Origin: Phycisphaerales bacterium
GTDB taxonomy: Bacteria > Planctomycetota > Phycisphaerae > Phycisphaerales > UBA1924
Direction: 5' to 3'
Assembly (NCBI GenBank): GCA_965227775.1
Contig: OZ245777.1
Span: 1 to 64,000 of the forward strand
DNA: 64,000 bases
The first letter of the stretch is position 1. Every line of letters starts with the position of its first letter. Made by a program: the position numbers and the translations under genes. A model generated the notes under the pieces. It made no database searches. It worked only from the letters and a program-made list of their open reading frames with translations, and was not told the origin of the DNA. Below, one piece after another: positions 1 through 9,564 of the stretch.

Positions 1-3000
1 TCGTGTCGTCGTGCTCACGCTGGATCACCGCCGAGGCCACGACGAGGCTCGACTCGTCGCTCTCGTACACGGTCACCACCTGCTCCATCACGTGGTCGCC
101 GGTTACGTCGTCGGCGTCGCCGTAGGCGCTGTCGTTCATCTGGCCCAGCACGTACTGGTCCGTCGCACGGCCCAGGCGGTCGTAGGCCGTCTTGGCCAGC
201 CGCCCGCCCTGCACCTTGATCGTCCGGCCCGCCTCGTCGTACCAGGTCAGGCTCTCCAGCGTGTCGGCGCTCGCGCCGGTTGACTGGGTGATCTCGTGGC
301 GGATGTTCTTCCAGACCCTCCCACGCGCGTCGTAGGCCATCTCGCTCAGCGACACGCGGTTGCTGGTCACGCTCGTCGGATCACTCGATGCCGTCAGGCC
401 GCTGACAGAGCTGTACTGCCCCATCGCCAGCGTCCGGCCGAGGTTGTCCAGCTTCACCAGCGAGTGCGGCGCGGCCGCGCTCTGGGTCAGCTTCGTCCGC
501 CCACGCACGTCGTGCGTGTACAGCGTGTCGCGGCGATCGGTCGCGCTGTCGACGACGAAGGCCGTCGTCTTGGTGACGTAGCTGTTCCCGCCGTCGTTGC
601 CCGAGTCGTACTCCGTCTCGGAGACGGTGACCATGTTGTTCGTGCCCGAAGCCTCGCCGCCCGGGTCGTCGTAGTCGTTGGTCCCGATCTCGCTCGAGGT
701 CATCCGACCCAGATCGTCGTACACCGCGCGGCTGATCGTGCCTGTCGCGTCCTTGGTCCGGATCCGCCGGCCCATCTCGTCATAGGCGAAGAAGGTCGCG
801 TCGTAGTTGGTCCCCTCCATCCCCGCGCCGCTCGCGGGGATATCGAAGTAGCTGCGGCTCTCGTCCAGCACCGCGCCCGATTCGCTATACAGGGCGGTCG
901 AGTACCGCGACACGCTGCCGTGGTCCACCGCCGTCAGCGGGTCATCGTCGGTCTCGTCGATCCAGCTCGACAGGCCCGTCGTCGTGCTGCCGCCGCTGAG
1001 CGTGATTCGCACCGATGCCACGCCGTTGCCCGCGTGGTCCGACACCGACATGCCCGCGGGGCCGTAGTACGTCACCGGCCCGCCGTTATCGATCACCAGC
1101 GGGATGCTGATCGTCACCGGTCGGCGGTCCTTCAAGACCGTCCGGTACACTTCACTCACGTCGCCATCGGGCGCCGTCACACGGGTCCGTCGCCCCTGGT
1201 CGTCGTAGACGTACGTCGTCCGCACGTCCCAGCCGTCGCCGGTCTCAGTGATCCCGAAGACCCCGTTGGGATCCGCGTCGAAGACGCCGCCCTCGTTCAG
1301 CTTGGCGTCGCGGATCGACTCGACCATCAGGCCGTCGGCGTACTCCATGTAGTCGTAGATGCCGTCCTCGGCCTTCATGAAGGCCGTGTGCCCGTTCTCG
1401 CGGACATAGGAAATCCGCGTGTGGGTGGTGTTCTCGCCGTTCTCCAGGGTCGCCACCGCCGGAAGCGTCGTCGTCACCACCTTCGGGCGGATGTACCCGA
1501 TGTCCGTGGCCGTCGCGCTCCACCACGTCCTCGACACCGATGTCTCGTCGTAATCCGCCGCCGCCAGCGTCCCGCTCGTCTCGTTGTCGGCGAAGACCGC
1601 ACGCCGCGCGTCGACAAATGGCACGTCCAGTGTCGCGCTACCGATGGTCAGGCTGCGCGTCTCGTAGTCCATCTGACGCTCGACGTACGACGTCCCCGTC
1701 GCGCCCTCCTTGTACTCGTAGCCCTCGATGAAGCCCGTCAGGGCCCCGCTCGAGACGCGGTCGATCACCCGCACCAGGCCGGTCCCGTTCGGCCGCGCAA
1801 AGACGCCCGTCGAGTGCGTGTACGACGACACGTTCGCCGGCGTGGCGATCTCGTCGATCAAGGCGTCACTCCCGCGCACCGCACGCGTCGCCCAGGTATC
1901 GCCCGGGGCCGTCGACGGATCGTCCGCCGTCCGGGCCTCGCCAAAGACCTGCCCGGCTTCATCGAAGAGCACGCTCACGTACAGGCCATCGGGCTGCTTC
2001 ACGACCGCGCGACGCTTCCACGTGTCGTCGTAGGGCGACGCCTCGCTCCCGGTCGTGTCGTAGGTAATCGTGTGCTCGCCGTTGGTGCCGCCCGAGCAGC
2101 CGCACCGACCATTGAACCACGCCTTGTCCACCCGGCGCGACGAGTCGTACTCGAAGTACGCCGCGGCATACGGCTTCAGGGCGCTCTCGCTCATTGAGAA
2201 GGGCGAATTGTTGGCAAAGTTCGAGTCGGCGTAGTCCGCTTGCCGGTACCCCTCTTCCTCGACGATGTACTGCAGCGCACTGGCGTGCCCCGGGTTCGTG
2301 CTGTCATTGAATGACCCCACCCAGTAGCGGTAGTACGTCCTGGTTACCAGGCTCACACCGCTCTCGTTGGTGGGCATCGTCACCGTCACCGACTTGAGGT
2401 CCCACTCGCTGCCATAGCTCTCGATCGAGCCGTAGTAGCCGTACTCGACCTTCCCGACCTCGGTCACCGTACCAGGACTCGACCAGTCCCCGCTCGAGCA
2501 GATCTCGGCCTTCACCTCGATCACGCGTTCGGTGTCGTACGTGTACGTGTACCGCCGCCCGCCGTTCTCCGCCGAGTCGTACGCGACGGTGAGCAGGTTC
2601 GTGGGGTTCATGCCTCCGGTATCGAAGCCGACGCTGATCGCCGTTGATCCGGTCGTCTCGTGCCCCACGAAGGCGGTCGCGCCACCCGGGCCGATCTTCT
2701 TCCACAGCTGCCCCTTGGCCACGCCCGAGTGGGTGTCGAAACCAAAGAAGACCAGCCGCGTCCCGTCGGGCTGCGTCAGCGTGTACGTGTCCGGCTCGCT
2801 GCCGGCACCCGCCGCGTACTGCACGATGCCCGTGGCGCCGTTGATCCCCTGGAACTCGTCGTCACTCACACCGATCCGCTGGAAGGCCGCGTACCGGTCC
2901 GCGCCGCCGACGAGGTACAAGACATCGAGGTCGTCCGTCGCGCCCTCGAAGAGCGAGATCTCCGGGTTGGCCATCGCCCAGTTATTCCCCTGGGGGCCCT

Positions 3001-3511
3001 GGCTCACGTGGTGCCCCGAGTCGTCCTGGCGCGTGTTGTACGTCCGCCCGACGACCCAATTGCCCCCAGGATCCGCGGGAAACGCCAGGTCCACGTCGGT
3101 CACCTGCACCGAGCCGGTGAACAGGTCGACGTGCCCGCCAAGCGTCCGCTTGCCATTAAAACCAAGATCCGAGCCCGAGTGCCCGGGCAGGATGCCGCCC
3201 ATTAAGCCACTCGCGCGCATCGAGCCATCCAGGTACACACCACGCTGGCCCGCACGCGGCGCCAGGTCCTGGATCAGCGTCGGCGAGGCCTGGTAGGTCA
3301 CCAGCTGCGCGTCGTAGAGGTTCAAGACATCATCGGCGCACACAGACGAAGATGAAAACGCGAGCCCCGCAGCCACAACGCAGGCGACCGCACCACGCCC
3401 CCTCGTACGGGCGCTGGCACGAGAGCCATACGCCCCCGATGCCATCCGCAGCATGCCTTGCAGGCCCAACGGCAGGTCTCTGGTACGTTGCTGAAGCAAT
3501 GTCGCCTCCAT
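1..3511 (-). CDS. Large secreted YD/Rhs-repeat protein with N-terminal signal peptide and DUF6531-like domain; 3' end lies beyond the left edge (>1150 aa)
   Basis: Manually translated segments of the minus frame (codon starts at positions 1 mod 3) are open, from ATG 3511 (alternative ATG 3454 or 3445) to the window edge. N-terminus ...RASARTRGRGAVACVVAAGLAFSSSSVCA|DD is signal-like. GHVDLFTGSVQVTDVDLAFP...WVVGRTYNTR is DUF6531-like. YD repeats include TTYVYDDQGRRTRVTAPDG and FAYDEMGRRIRTKDATGTISRAVYDDLGRMT. The long + strand ORFs here are its antisense shadow. Confidence 0.9.
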   Translation of the reverse strand, partial: MEATLLQQRTRDLPLGLQGMLRMASGAYGSRASARTRGRGAVACVVAAGLAFSSSSVCADDVLNLYDAQLVTYQASPTLIQDLAPRAGQRGVYLDGSMRASGLMGGILPGHSGSDLGFNGKRTLGGHVDLFTGSVQVTDVDLAFPADPGGNWVVGRTYNTRQDDSGHHVSQGPQGNNWAMANPEISLFEGATDDLDVLYLVGGADRYAAFQRIGVSDDEFQGINGATGIVQYAAGAGSEPDTYTLTQPDGTRLVFFGFDTHSGVAKGQLWKKIGPGGATAFVGHETTGSTAISVGFDTGGMNPTNLLTVAYDSAENGGRRYTYTYDTERVIEVKAEICSSGDWSSPGTVTEVGKVEYGYYGSIESYGSEWDLKSVTVTMPTNESGVSLVTRTYYRYWVGSFNDSTNPGHASALQYIVEEEGYRQADYADSNFANNSPFSMSESALKPYAAAYFEYDSSRRVDKAWFNGRCGCSGGTNGEHTITYDTTGSEASPYDDTWKRRAVVKQPDGLYVSVLFDEAGQVFGEARTADDPSTAPGDTWATRAVRGSDALIDEIATPANVSSYTHSTGVFARPNGTGLVRVIDRVSSGALTGFIEGYEYKEGATGTSYVERQMDYETRSLTIGSATLDVPFVDARRAVFADNETSGTLAAADYDETSVSRTWWSATATDIGYIRPKVVTTTLPAVATLENGENTTHTRISYVRENGHTAFMKAEDGIYDYMEYADGLMVESIRDAKLNEGGVFDADPNGVFGITETGDGWDVRTTYVYDDQGRRTRVTAPDGDVSEVYRTVLKDRRPVTISIPLVIDNGGPVTYYGPAGMSVSDHAGNGVASVRITLSGGSTTTGLSSWIDETDDDPLTAVDHGSVSRYSTALYSESGAVLDESRSYFDIPASGAGMEGTNYDATFFAYDEMGRRIRTKDATGTISRAVYDDLGRMTSSEIGTNDYDDPGGEASGTNNMVTVSETEYDSGNDGGNSYVTKTTAFVVDSATDRRDTLYTHDVRGRTKLTQSAAAPHSLVKLDNLGRTLAMGQYSSVSGLTASSDPTSVTSNRVSLSEMAYDARGRVWKNIRHEITQSTGASADTLESLTWYDEAGRTIKVQGGRLAKTAYDRLGRATDQYVLGQMNDSAYGDADDVTGDHVMEQVVTVYESDESSLVVASAVIQREHDDT

Positions 3512-3586
3512 TGTGTATGCGGAGCTCGCGCCCCACCCCGCAAGCCATACGCTCGCGGGGCACCTAAATCGCATTCATTCGATTGC

Positions 3587-3620
3587 ACGACTCGATCCAA
3601 CGACTCGACTCAACGACTCG
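3587..3620. repeat. Three direct repeats of ACGACTCG at 13-bp period in the divergent intergenic region
   Basis: ACGACTCG at 3587, 3600 and 3613. Confidence 0.7.
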
Positions 3621-3815
3621 TGTTGTCGCGATCACGCGCACGCGCCGGTACTTCTTGCCGGGAGGCAGCGATCGCTTATGGTCATTGCACCCACAAACGA
3701 TCACGCATGCAAGAGGGCATACCCGTGTTTATAAGAAGAACTTGCACACCCCCCGGATTCGGCTACGCATTCCAACGCAGCCGTAAGTCCCTACGACGAA
3801 TGCACACAATTGCGC

Positions 3816-3843
3816 TTGCATCAAAACACGTTCTGGGTATAAC
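3816..3843 (+). promoter_or_regulatory. Candidate sigma70-type promoter for the T2SS operon
   Basis: TTGCAT-N16-TATAAC in an AT-rich intergenic stretch about 160 nt upstream of the 4006 ATG. Confidence 0.35.
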
Positions 3844-4005
3844 GGACATGTTCTTCGGAGATGTTCGCGCTGCAGATTAGTGCGCAATGCGATAGACACG
3901 CGTCACGCACTCCAGCGCCGCGGCACACGAACGGCACGTATTCGGGCCCGGATTCGAAATGAAGATAGTGTCATGAATGAGCACGGGCCGACATAGGAGA
4001 TCGCC

Positions 4006-4797
4006 ATGACCAATCACGCCACGAATCGCAGCAAGGCAAGCGCACTCTGGCTACCCGTCGGCAGCGTGACCGCTGCCGCCGGTGCGCTGCTCATCGCGGG
4101 CATCGTTGCGTCGACGCCCAAGCCAACCGCCGCCGGGGGATTCAGCGCACGGGCCATCATGGAGCTCGCCACGCCCGAGCCACAAGACGTTGACCGCGAG
4201 CTCCGACGCGTCGGGATTACACCCGAGGCCCTCGCCGCCGCCGGGCTCACCGCCGTCGACGCGACGGCCCTCACCACCCGAGCGGTCACGCACCTGGACG
4301 TGACAAACTACACCAGCCTCCGACTCGCCATGGAAGCACACGGCAACGCCAAGGCCGAGATGCAGCGGCTGGAGAGGCTGTTCCGAGCGGGCACGCCTGG
4401 AGACGCCATCCAGCGGGACCTCGACGACGCGGTTGCGCTTGAGGCTTCCACGAGGGCTACGCTCGAGGCTCGCCAGCAGGACCTCTTCAACGCCGCCACC
4501 AGCGGGCTGGAGTCCAGCGTCCTCGCCGACATCGCCGACATCGACTCCGAACGCGACATCCGCTACCCAACCTACTACAAGGTCGCAGACCGCACTCATG
4601 CCGAAGCGATGGCCCTGCGAGATGCGCTCAATGGCGTTCGTATCGATACCGAGCTCGGAGCGGAGCCATCCGACCACCATCGGGGCATCATCGACGATGA
4701 GCTTGCCAAGGTCGATGTCGCAGCAGCGAAGGCCAACACGGACACGAACCTCGACGCCATCCTCGCCGCATGGAAACTCGTACTCGATCCAGTGTGA
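4006..4797 (+). CDS. Hypothetical membrane-anchored or exported helical protein, first gene of the T2SS operon
   Basis: RBS AGGAGA before the ATG; N-terminal hydrophobic segment (VTAAAGALLIAGIVA); Ala/Leu/Asp-rich helical body. Confidence 0.75.
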   Translation: MTNHATNRSKASALWLPVGSVTAAAGALLIAGIVASTPKPTAAGGFSARAIMELATPEPQDVDRELRRVGITPEALAAAGLTAVDATALTTRAVTHLDVTNYTSLRLAMEAHGNAKAEMQRLERLFRAGTPGDAIQRDLDDAVALEASTRATLEARQQDLFNAATSGLESSVLADIADIDSERDIRYPTYYKVADRTHAEAMALRDALNGVRIDTELGAEPSDHHRGIIDDELAKVDVAAAKANTDTNLDAILAAWKLVLDPV

Positions 4798-4847
4798 GTG
4801 AGTCGCGACGTTCTTCTCGCACCGGCCCCTGACTCGGCTGATATCGC

Positions 4848-6809
4848 ATGGGATATTACTGGCACATCGTGCGCTCTCGGTGGACACGACTGGCGACGGT
4901 CGCCATGCTTACGTGCTTATTCAGCAGCGGCATAGCCCTCGGACATCAAGACGTCATCAAGCTTCCCGCAGAAGTCGAGCTCGCTCGGCTCGTGGACCTT
5001 TCCTCGGAGCGGCAGGGCTTTCGCATCAGCTACGAGCCCCGACAGCTTTCGGGGAGCTTCATGATGCGGAACACCAGTGAGATAGACGATGATGCGCTCT
5101 GGACAATAACCAACGAGCTGCTCGTCCAGAAGGGACTGACGACCGTTTCCGTGGGCGAAAGCGGAGCGTTGTCCGTCGTGCAGCTCTCAGGGGCCGCAGC
5201 TCTGGCACCACCCGCGTCCGAGTGGAGCTTGGGCGACGTTGCCGGCGATGGCCGGCTCACAACGCCGAGTCGTGCTGGATTCGTGGCGGTCATCGTTGAG
5301 ATTGAGCAGGCCGATCCAGCAGCACTCATCGCAGCGTTGGATCCTCTCCTGAGTTCCGGAGGCTCGCTTACGCGGCTTGGTGGCACCGACTCCATTATCG
5401 TCGCCGATCTCCGAGAGCGTGCGGGCGAGGTCGTCAGGCGGATCAGGGCACTCGACGTGCGCACTACGGACACGCGCTCGTACGAGCCGCGGGTGTTCTC
5501 ACCCTCGGAGGTTGGCGAGGCGGTACGACGGCTCGTCGGCGAGGACATCCGCGTGGTTCCCGACGGCCTGACCGGCACGCTGCTCGTCGAAGCAACGGCG
5601 GCGCAGCACGAGTCCATCGCCGCACTGGTCGATCGTCTCGACGCCGAGCAATCCGCGGCGAGGCTCTCGACACGCACTATCGTGGTGCGCAATCGGCCCG
5701 TCGAGGAGATCGTCTTACTAGTGAACCGTCTACTTGGTGCTGGTGTGGCGGGTGAACCCGATCAGCCAACTGCTGCGGATTCCGGTACGACGCGATCGAC
5801 GCCAAAAGCCCCAACCGCCGCAGAGCGGGCCAGGGATCGCACAATCGCGACGACGAATGACGGCGTCATCCAGATCGATGGACTGACGGTTTCGCTGGTC
5901 GCCGATGCGGCAACCAGCCGCATCCTGGCGATCGGACCACCGGGCGTGCTGGACCGCGTGCAGGAACTCGTACGTGAGCTCGATGTCCGCCAGCCGCAGG
6001 TCATGCTCGACGTGACCATGGTGAGTCTGACCGAGGGCGAGACGCTGGACCTCGGCGTCGAGCTCGAACGTATCGAGGTCTCGGGCGACATCCGAATCAG
6101 GCTGGCTTCGCTCTTCGGCCTCTCGACTGGAGATGGCGATGGCAACCGAGATGCCGGTGATGGCGCCGGATTTACAGGGGTCGTTCTCGATCCCGGTGAC
6201 TTTGCGGTCGTCGTCCGGGCACTAGAGACCGTTAACCAGGGTCGCTCCCTCAGCCTTCCCCGCGTGCTGGTGGACAACGCCGCCACCGCCACGCTCGACG
6301 CGGTTCGAGAGGAACCATTCGTGTCAACCAACGCCAGCGACACCGTTGCGACCACCAGCTTCGGTGGTTCGGCGTCCGCCGGCACGCAGATCACGGTCAC
6401 GCCACGGATCGCCGAGGGCGATCATCTTCTCTTGGAGTATGCCGTCAGCCTCAGCCAGTTCGTCGGCGAGTCCGCGAGCGACTCGGTCCCGCCGCCCAGG
6501 CAAGAGAACAGTATCACTTCGATTGCCACGATCCCCGATGGACATGCGATCGTGCTCGGCGGCCTGGAGACGATGAACGAGGGAGAAGCCACCAGCCAGG
6601 TCCCGCTGCTGGGCGACATTCCATGGTTGGGCGAGCTCTTCAAGAACCGCTCGCGATCATCAGGGCGAACGAAGTTCTACGTGTTCATTCGCCCGACGAT
6701 CACACGCGGAGACGGGTTTGAGTACCTCAAGTATGTCAGCCAGGATCTGGCCGCAGGCCTTGGCGTGGACGATGGCTTCCCGGTCGTGGAACCCCGGGTG
6801 ATCCGATGA
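4848..6809 (+). CDS. gspD: Type II secretion secretin (GspD family)
   Basis: Signal-like N-terminus, repeated N-domains (ADAATSRILAIG...LVRELDVRQPQVMLDV) and secretin C-domain (IVLGGL...VPLLGDIPWLGELFK...FYVFIRPTI). Confidence 0.92.
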   Translation: MGYYWHIVRSRWTRLATVAMLTCLFSSGIALGHQDVIKLPAEVELARLVDLSSERQGFRISYEPRQLSGSFMMRNTSEIDDDALWTITNELLVQKGLTTVSVGESGALSVVQLSGAAALAPPASEWSLGDVAGDGRLTTPSRAGFVAVIVEIEQADPAALIAALDPLLSSGGSLTRLGGTDSIIVADLRERAGEVVRRIRALDVRTTDTRSYEPRVFSPSEVGEAVRRLVGEDIRVVPDGLTGTLLVEATAAQHESIAALVDRLDAEQSAARLSTRTIVVRNRPVEEIVLLVNRLLGAGVAGEPDQPTAADSGTTRSTPKAPTAAERARDRTIATTNDGVIQIDGLTVSLVADAATSRILAIGPPGVLDRVQELVRELDVRQPQVMLDVTMVSLTEGETLDLGVELERIEVSGDIRIRLASLFGLSTGDGDGNRDAGDGAGFTGVVLDPGDFAVVVRALETVNQGRSLSLPRVLVDNAATATLDAVREEPFVSTNASDTVATTSFGGSASAGTQITVTPRIAEGDHLLLEYAVSLSQFVGESASDSVPPPRQENSITSIATIPDGHAIVLGGLETMNEGEATSQVPLLGDIPWLGELFKNRSRSSGRTKFYVFIRPTITRGDGFEYLKYVSQDLAAGLGVDDGFPVVEPRVIR

Positions 6810-8332
6810 CGGTTCCCGCGCCATCGGTCTGCGAGCGATTCCTGGACCTCATCCCACGGGACTACGCGCGCGAGCACCTCGTGCTAGGCGAACGCCAAGC
6901 AGAGGCCGAGGATGGGTTCACGCTCGTGCTGCGCCATGCGCCAGCCACACCCGCGTGCGTGCTGCACAACGTGTGCGTTCGCATGCGCGAGCGTGCGCAT
7001 CCCAAGCCCGGCGATGCTGGTGCCATCGCGGAGGCGATCGATTCCGCGTACGCTGGCGCCGCCCAGTCGACTTCGACCGAAGACGACCTCGGCGACGCCA
7101 TCGTGATCGAGGGGCCCGAGGCCGAGCTCGAGCGGGCACTCGCCGAAGCGGACCGTGATCTCTTGTCGACGTCCGGTAAGGCGCCGGTCGTCCGATTGGT
7201 CGACTGGATGCTGTTCCATGCAGCAACGCATGGTGCCAGCGACGTGCACGTGCAGCCCCTTGAGGACCGCGTTCTCGTGCGGATGCGGATCGATGGGGCG
7301 CTCCGCGACGTCAAGTCGCTCCCGGGCGAACTGGGCGGGCCCGTGGCAAGCAGGCTCAAGGTCGTCGGACGCATGGATGTCGCAGAGCGACGCGTCCCCC
7401 AGGACGGGCGAGCAACGGTCACCATCGGCGTCGGAGAGTCTGCGCGCACCATTGACCTCCGCCTCAGCTCGCTGCCGACGGCGTTCGGGGAGCGGCTCGT
7501 CGTGCGTCTGCTCGAACCAGACGGAGCGCTCGACCTGGACAACTTCTCGGGCCTCGGGATGCCCTCTGAGGTTGAGGAGCGCTGGCTGGCAGTGTGCTCG
7601 CGGTCCAGCGGGATCGTGCTCTCGACCGGACCGACCGGCAGCGGAAAGACGACGACGCTATACGGCACGCTGAGCTGGACCGCAAAACGTCCTGCACGCG
7701 ACCTCAACGTCATGACCATCGAAGACCCGATCGAGTACGACCTCTCGGGACCGCACGTGGCCATCAGCCAGGCGCAGATCAACACCAAGAAGGGCGTCAC
7801 GTTTGCCAGCGGCCTGCGGCACATCCTCCGGCAGGACCCTGATGTTGTCATGGTCGGCGAGATTCGAGACCTGGAAACGGCACAGGTTGCCATCCAAGCG
7901 AGCCTGACCGGCCACCTTGTTCTCTCGACGCTGCACACCTCAGACTCGGCAACCGCAGTGACACGCCTTGTAGACCTCGGCGTCGAACCGTACCTCGTGT
8001 CGGCCTCGCTCTCGGCGGCGCTGGCGCAGCGGCTGGTGCGGCGCGTCCACCAAGCGTGCGATGGCAAGGGGTGCGAGTCTTGCTACGGCAGCGGCCTTCT
8101 AGGACGCATCGGGCTCTTTGAGCTCCTGGTCGTCTCTGAGCCGATCCGCGAGCGCATCGCGGCGGGCATCACGGCGAGCGCGCTTCGCAAGGCCGCACGA
8201 GAGGCGGGCATGCGCACCCTGCAGGACGAGGGCCGGCGATTCGTCGAATCGGGCGTCACCACCCCGCTCGAGGTCGCGCGCGTTGCCTCGGTCGGAGACG
8301 ATGGCTTCAACGCCACAGGGATCGCGTCATGA
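6806..8332 (+). CDS. gspE: Type II secretion ATPase (GspE/PilB family)
   Basis: ASDVHVQP, ERRVPQDG, Walker A GPTGSGKTT, TIEDPIEY, LRQDPDVVMVGEIRD, TGHLVLSTLHT. Confidence 0.95.
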   Translation: MTVPAPSVCERFLDLIPRDYAREHLVLGERQAEAEDGFTLVLRHAPATPACVLHNVCVRMRERAHPKPGDAGAIAEAIDSAYAGAAQSTSTEDDLGDAIVIEGPEAELERALAEADRDLLSTSGKAPVVRLVDWMLFHAATHGASDVHVQPLEDRVLVRMRIDGALRDVKSLPGELGGPVASRLKVVGRMDVAERRVPQDGRATVTIGVGESARTIDLRLSSLPTAFGERLVVRLLEPDGALDLDNFSGLGMPSEVEERWLAVCSRSSGIVLSTGPTGSGKTTTLYGTLSWTAKRPARDLNVMTIEDPIEYDLSGPHVAISQAQINTKKGVTFASGLRHILRQDPDVVMVGEIRDLETAQVAIQASLTGHLVLSTLHTSDSATAVTRLVDLGVEPYLVSASLSAALAQRLVRRVHQACDGKGCESCYGSGLLGRIGLFELLVVSEPIRERIAAGITASALRKAAREAGMRTLQDEGRRFVESGVTTPLEVARVASVGDDGFNATGIAS

Positions 8333-9564
8333 CCTTGTGGAGATACAAGGCGGTCACACCCGCCGGACTCCCACGACGTGGGGAGCTCAAGGCCGATACG
8401 GACGTCTCGGCACGCGCGTCACTCCGACGGATCGGACTCACCGTGCTGGACGTTCGGCCCGTCGTGGACCAGAGCACGGTCCTGCCCGCTTCGGTCACCA
8501 GTACAATCAACGGAGTGCTCCGGGGCAGGCGCCGTGACGCCAAGGCCGAGGTGCTCGATACGTTGGCGACGCTCTTAGCGTCCGGCGTGCCATTGAGCGA
8601 CGGATTGCAGACGCTCGCCGGGGCCCGTGGGCGGCGTACGGCACTTCGGAGGCTGCTGCTACGGCTGGAAGATGCGGTTCGTTCAGGCGAGCCGCTCGCG
8701 GACGCCTTTGAGCAGCACGATGGCTGGTTCGACGCCGCCGAGGTCGCGGTTGTTCGGACGGGGCAGGCCCGTGGCGAGCTCGCCCATGCGCTCCGTTCGC
8801 TGTCGGATCGCTACGCGCGGGCTGGCGAGCTGGCCGGCAAGCTGGCATCCGCCCTCGCGTACCCAGCAATCGTCTCTGTGGCCGGGGTGGCGGTCGTCGT
8901 CTTTCTTGCGCTCGGGCCGCTACCCAGGCTGGTAGACATCCTCGAGCAGGCTGGCGTCCAACCTCCAGCCCTCACATCGGCCGTCATCTCGACTGGCGAG
9001 TCAATCGCACGCGGGTGGGCCATAATGCTGGCCGGCGCGGTCATGGTCTTGGTGTTCGGCGCTTGGGCCGTGCTTGCGATCTCAACTCAGGGTCGAGGCT
9101 GGCCGGACCCGCTGCGCAGACTCGTCCCACAAGCCCTGCGAGGAATGGCCCTAGCAAGGCTGGCGAGCGAGCTGCAGTCGATGACGCGGCGCGGTGTTCC
9201 GCTGACCGACGCGCTGCGAGCATCCGCGAGGACGTTCAACGGCCCCGTTGCCATGAGCCTCCGGCGTCAACTCGAGCTTGCCGCCACGCGCGTCGAGGCC
9301 GGGGAGCGACTCTCAAACGCCCTGGACGACCCGCACTGGTTCGCCGACGACATGCGACGCCTGATCGATGCGGGCGAGTCTGCCGGCGAGTTGCCCGATC
9401 TGCTCGAACGGCTGGCAGATCGGCTCGAACGAAGGGCGACCCGCCTCACGGACCGGCTTGCGGGTCTCATCGAACCAATGGCCATCATCCTGTTGGCATC
9501 GATGATCGGTGTGGTTGTCTTATCCGCCGTGCTCCCGCTCCTAAAGCTAAGAGAGGTGCTGTGA
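8329..9564 (+). CDS. gspF: Type II secretion inner-membrane platform protein (GspF/PilC)
   Basis: WRYKA start, LATLLASGVPL, ALAYP, AGESAGEL, LIEP; three TM segments. Confidence 0.92.
   Translation: MTLWRYKAVTPAGLPRRGELKADTDVSARASLRRIGLTVLDVRPVVDQSTVLPASVTSTINGVLRGRRRDAKAEVLDTLATLLASGVPLSDGLQTLAGARGRRTALRRLLLRLEDAVRSGEPLADAFEQHDGWFDAAEVAVVRTGQARGELAHALRSLSDRYARAGELAGKLASALAYPAIVSVAGVAVVVFLALGPLPRLVDILEQAGVQPPALTSAVISTGESIARGWAIMLAGAVMVLVFGAWAVLAISTQGRGWPDPLRRLVPQALRGMALARLASELQSMTRRGVPLTDALRASARTFNGPVAMSLRRQLELAATRVEAGERLSNALDDPHWFADDMRRLIDAGESAGELPDLLERLADRLERRATRLTDRLAGLIEPMAIILLASMIGVVVLSAVLPLLKLREVL

Noticed and set aside
296..3296. Long + strand ORFs 296-2197, 2532-3296 and 2660-3205
   Set aside because: Antisense shadows of the minus-strand Rhs/YD gene; Arg/Val/His- or Ser/Pro-rich translations with no motifs.
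3946..3958. 13-bp inverted match (TTCGAATCCGGGC) to the att-like tRNA fragment
   Set aside because: Wrong orientation for an attL/attR pair and short enough to be chance.
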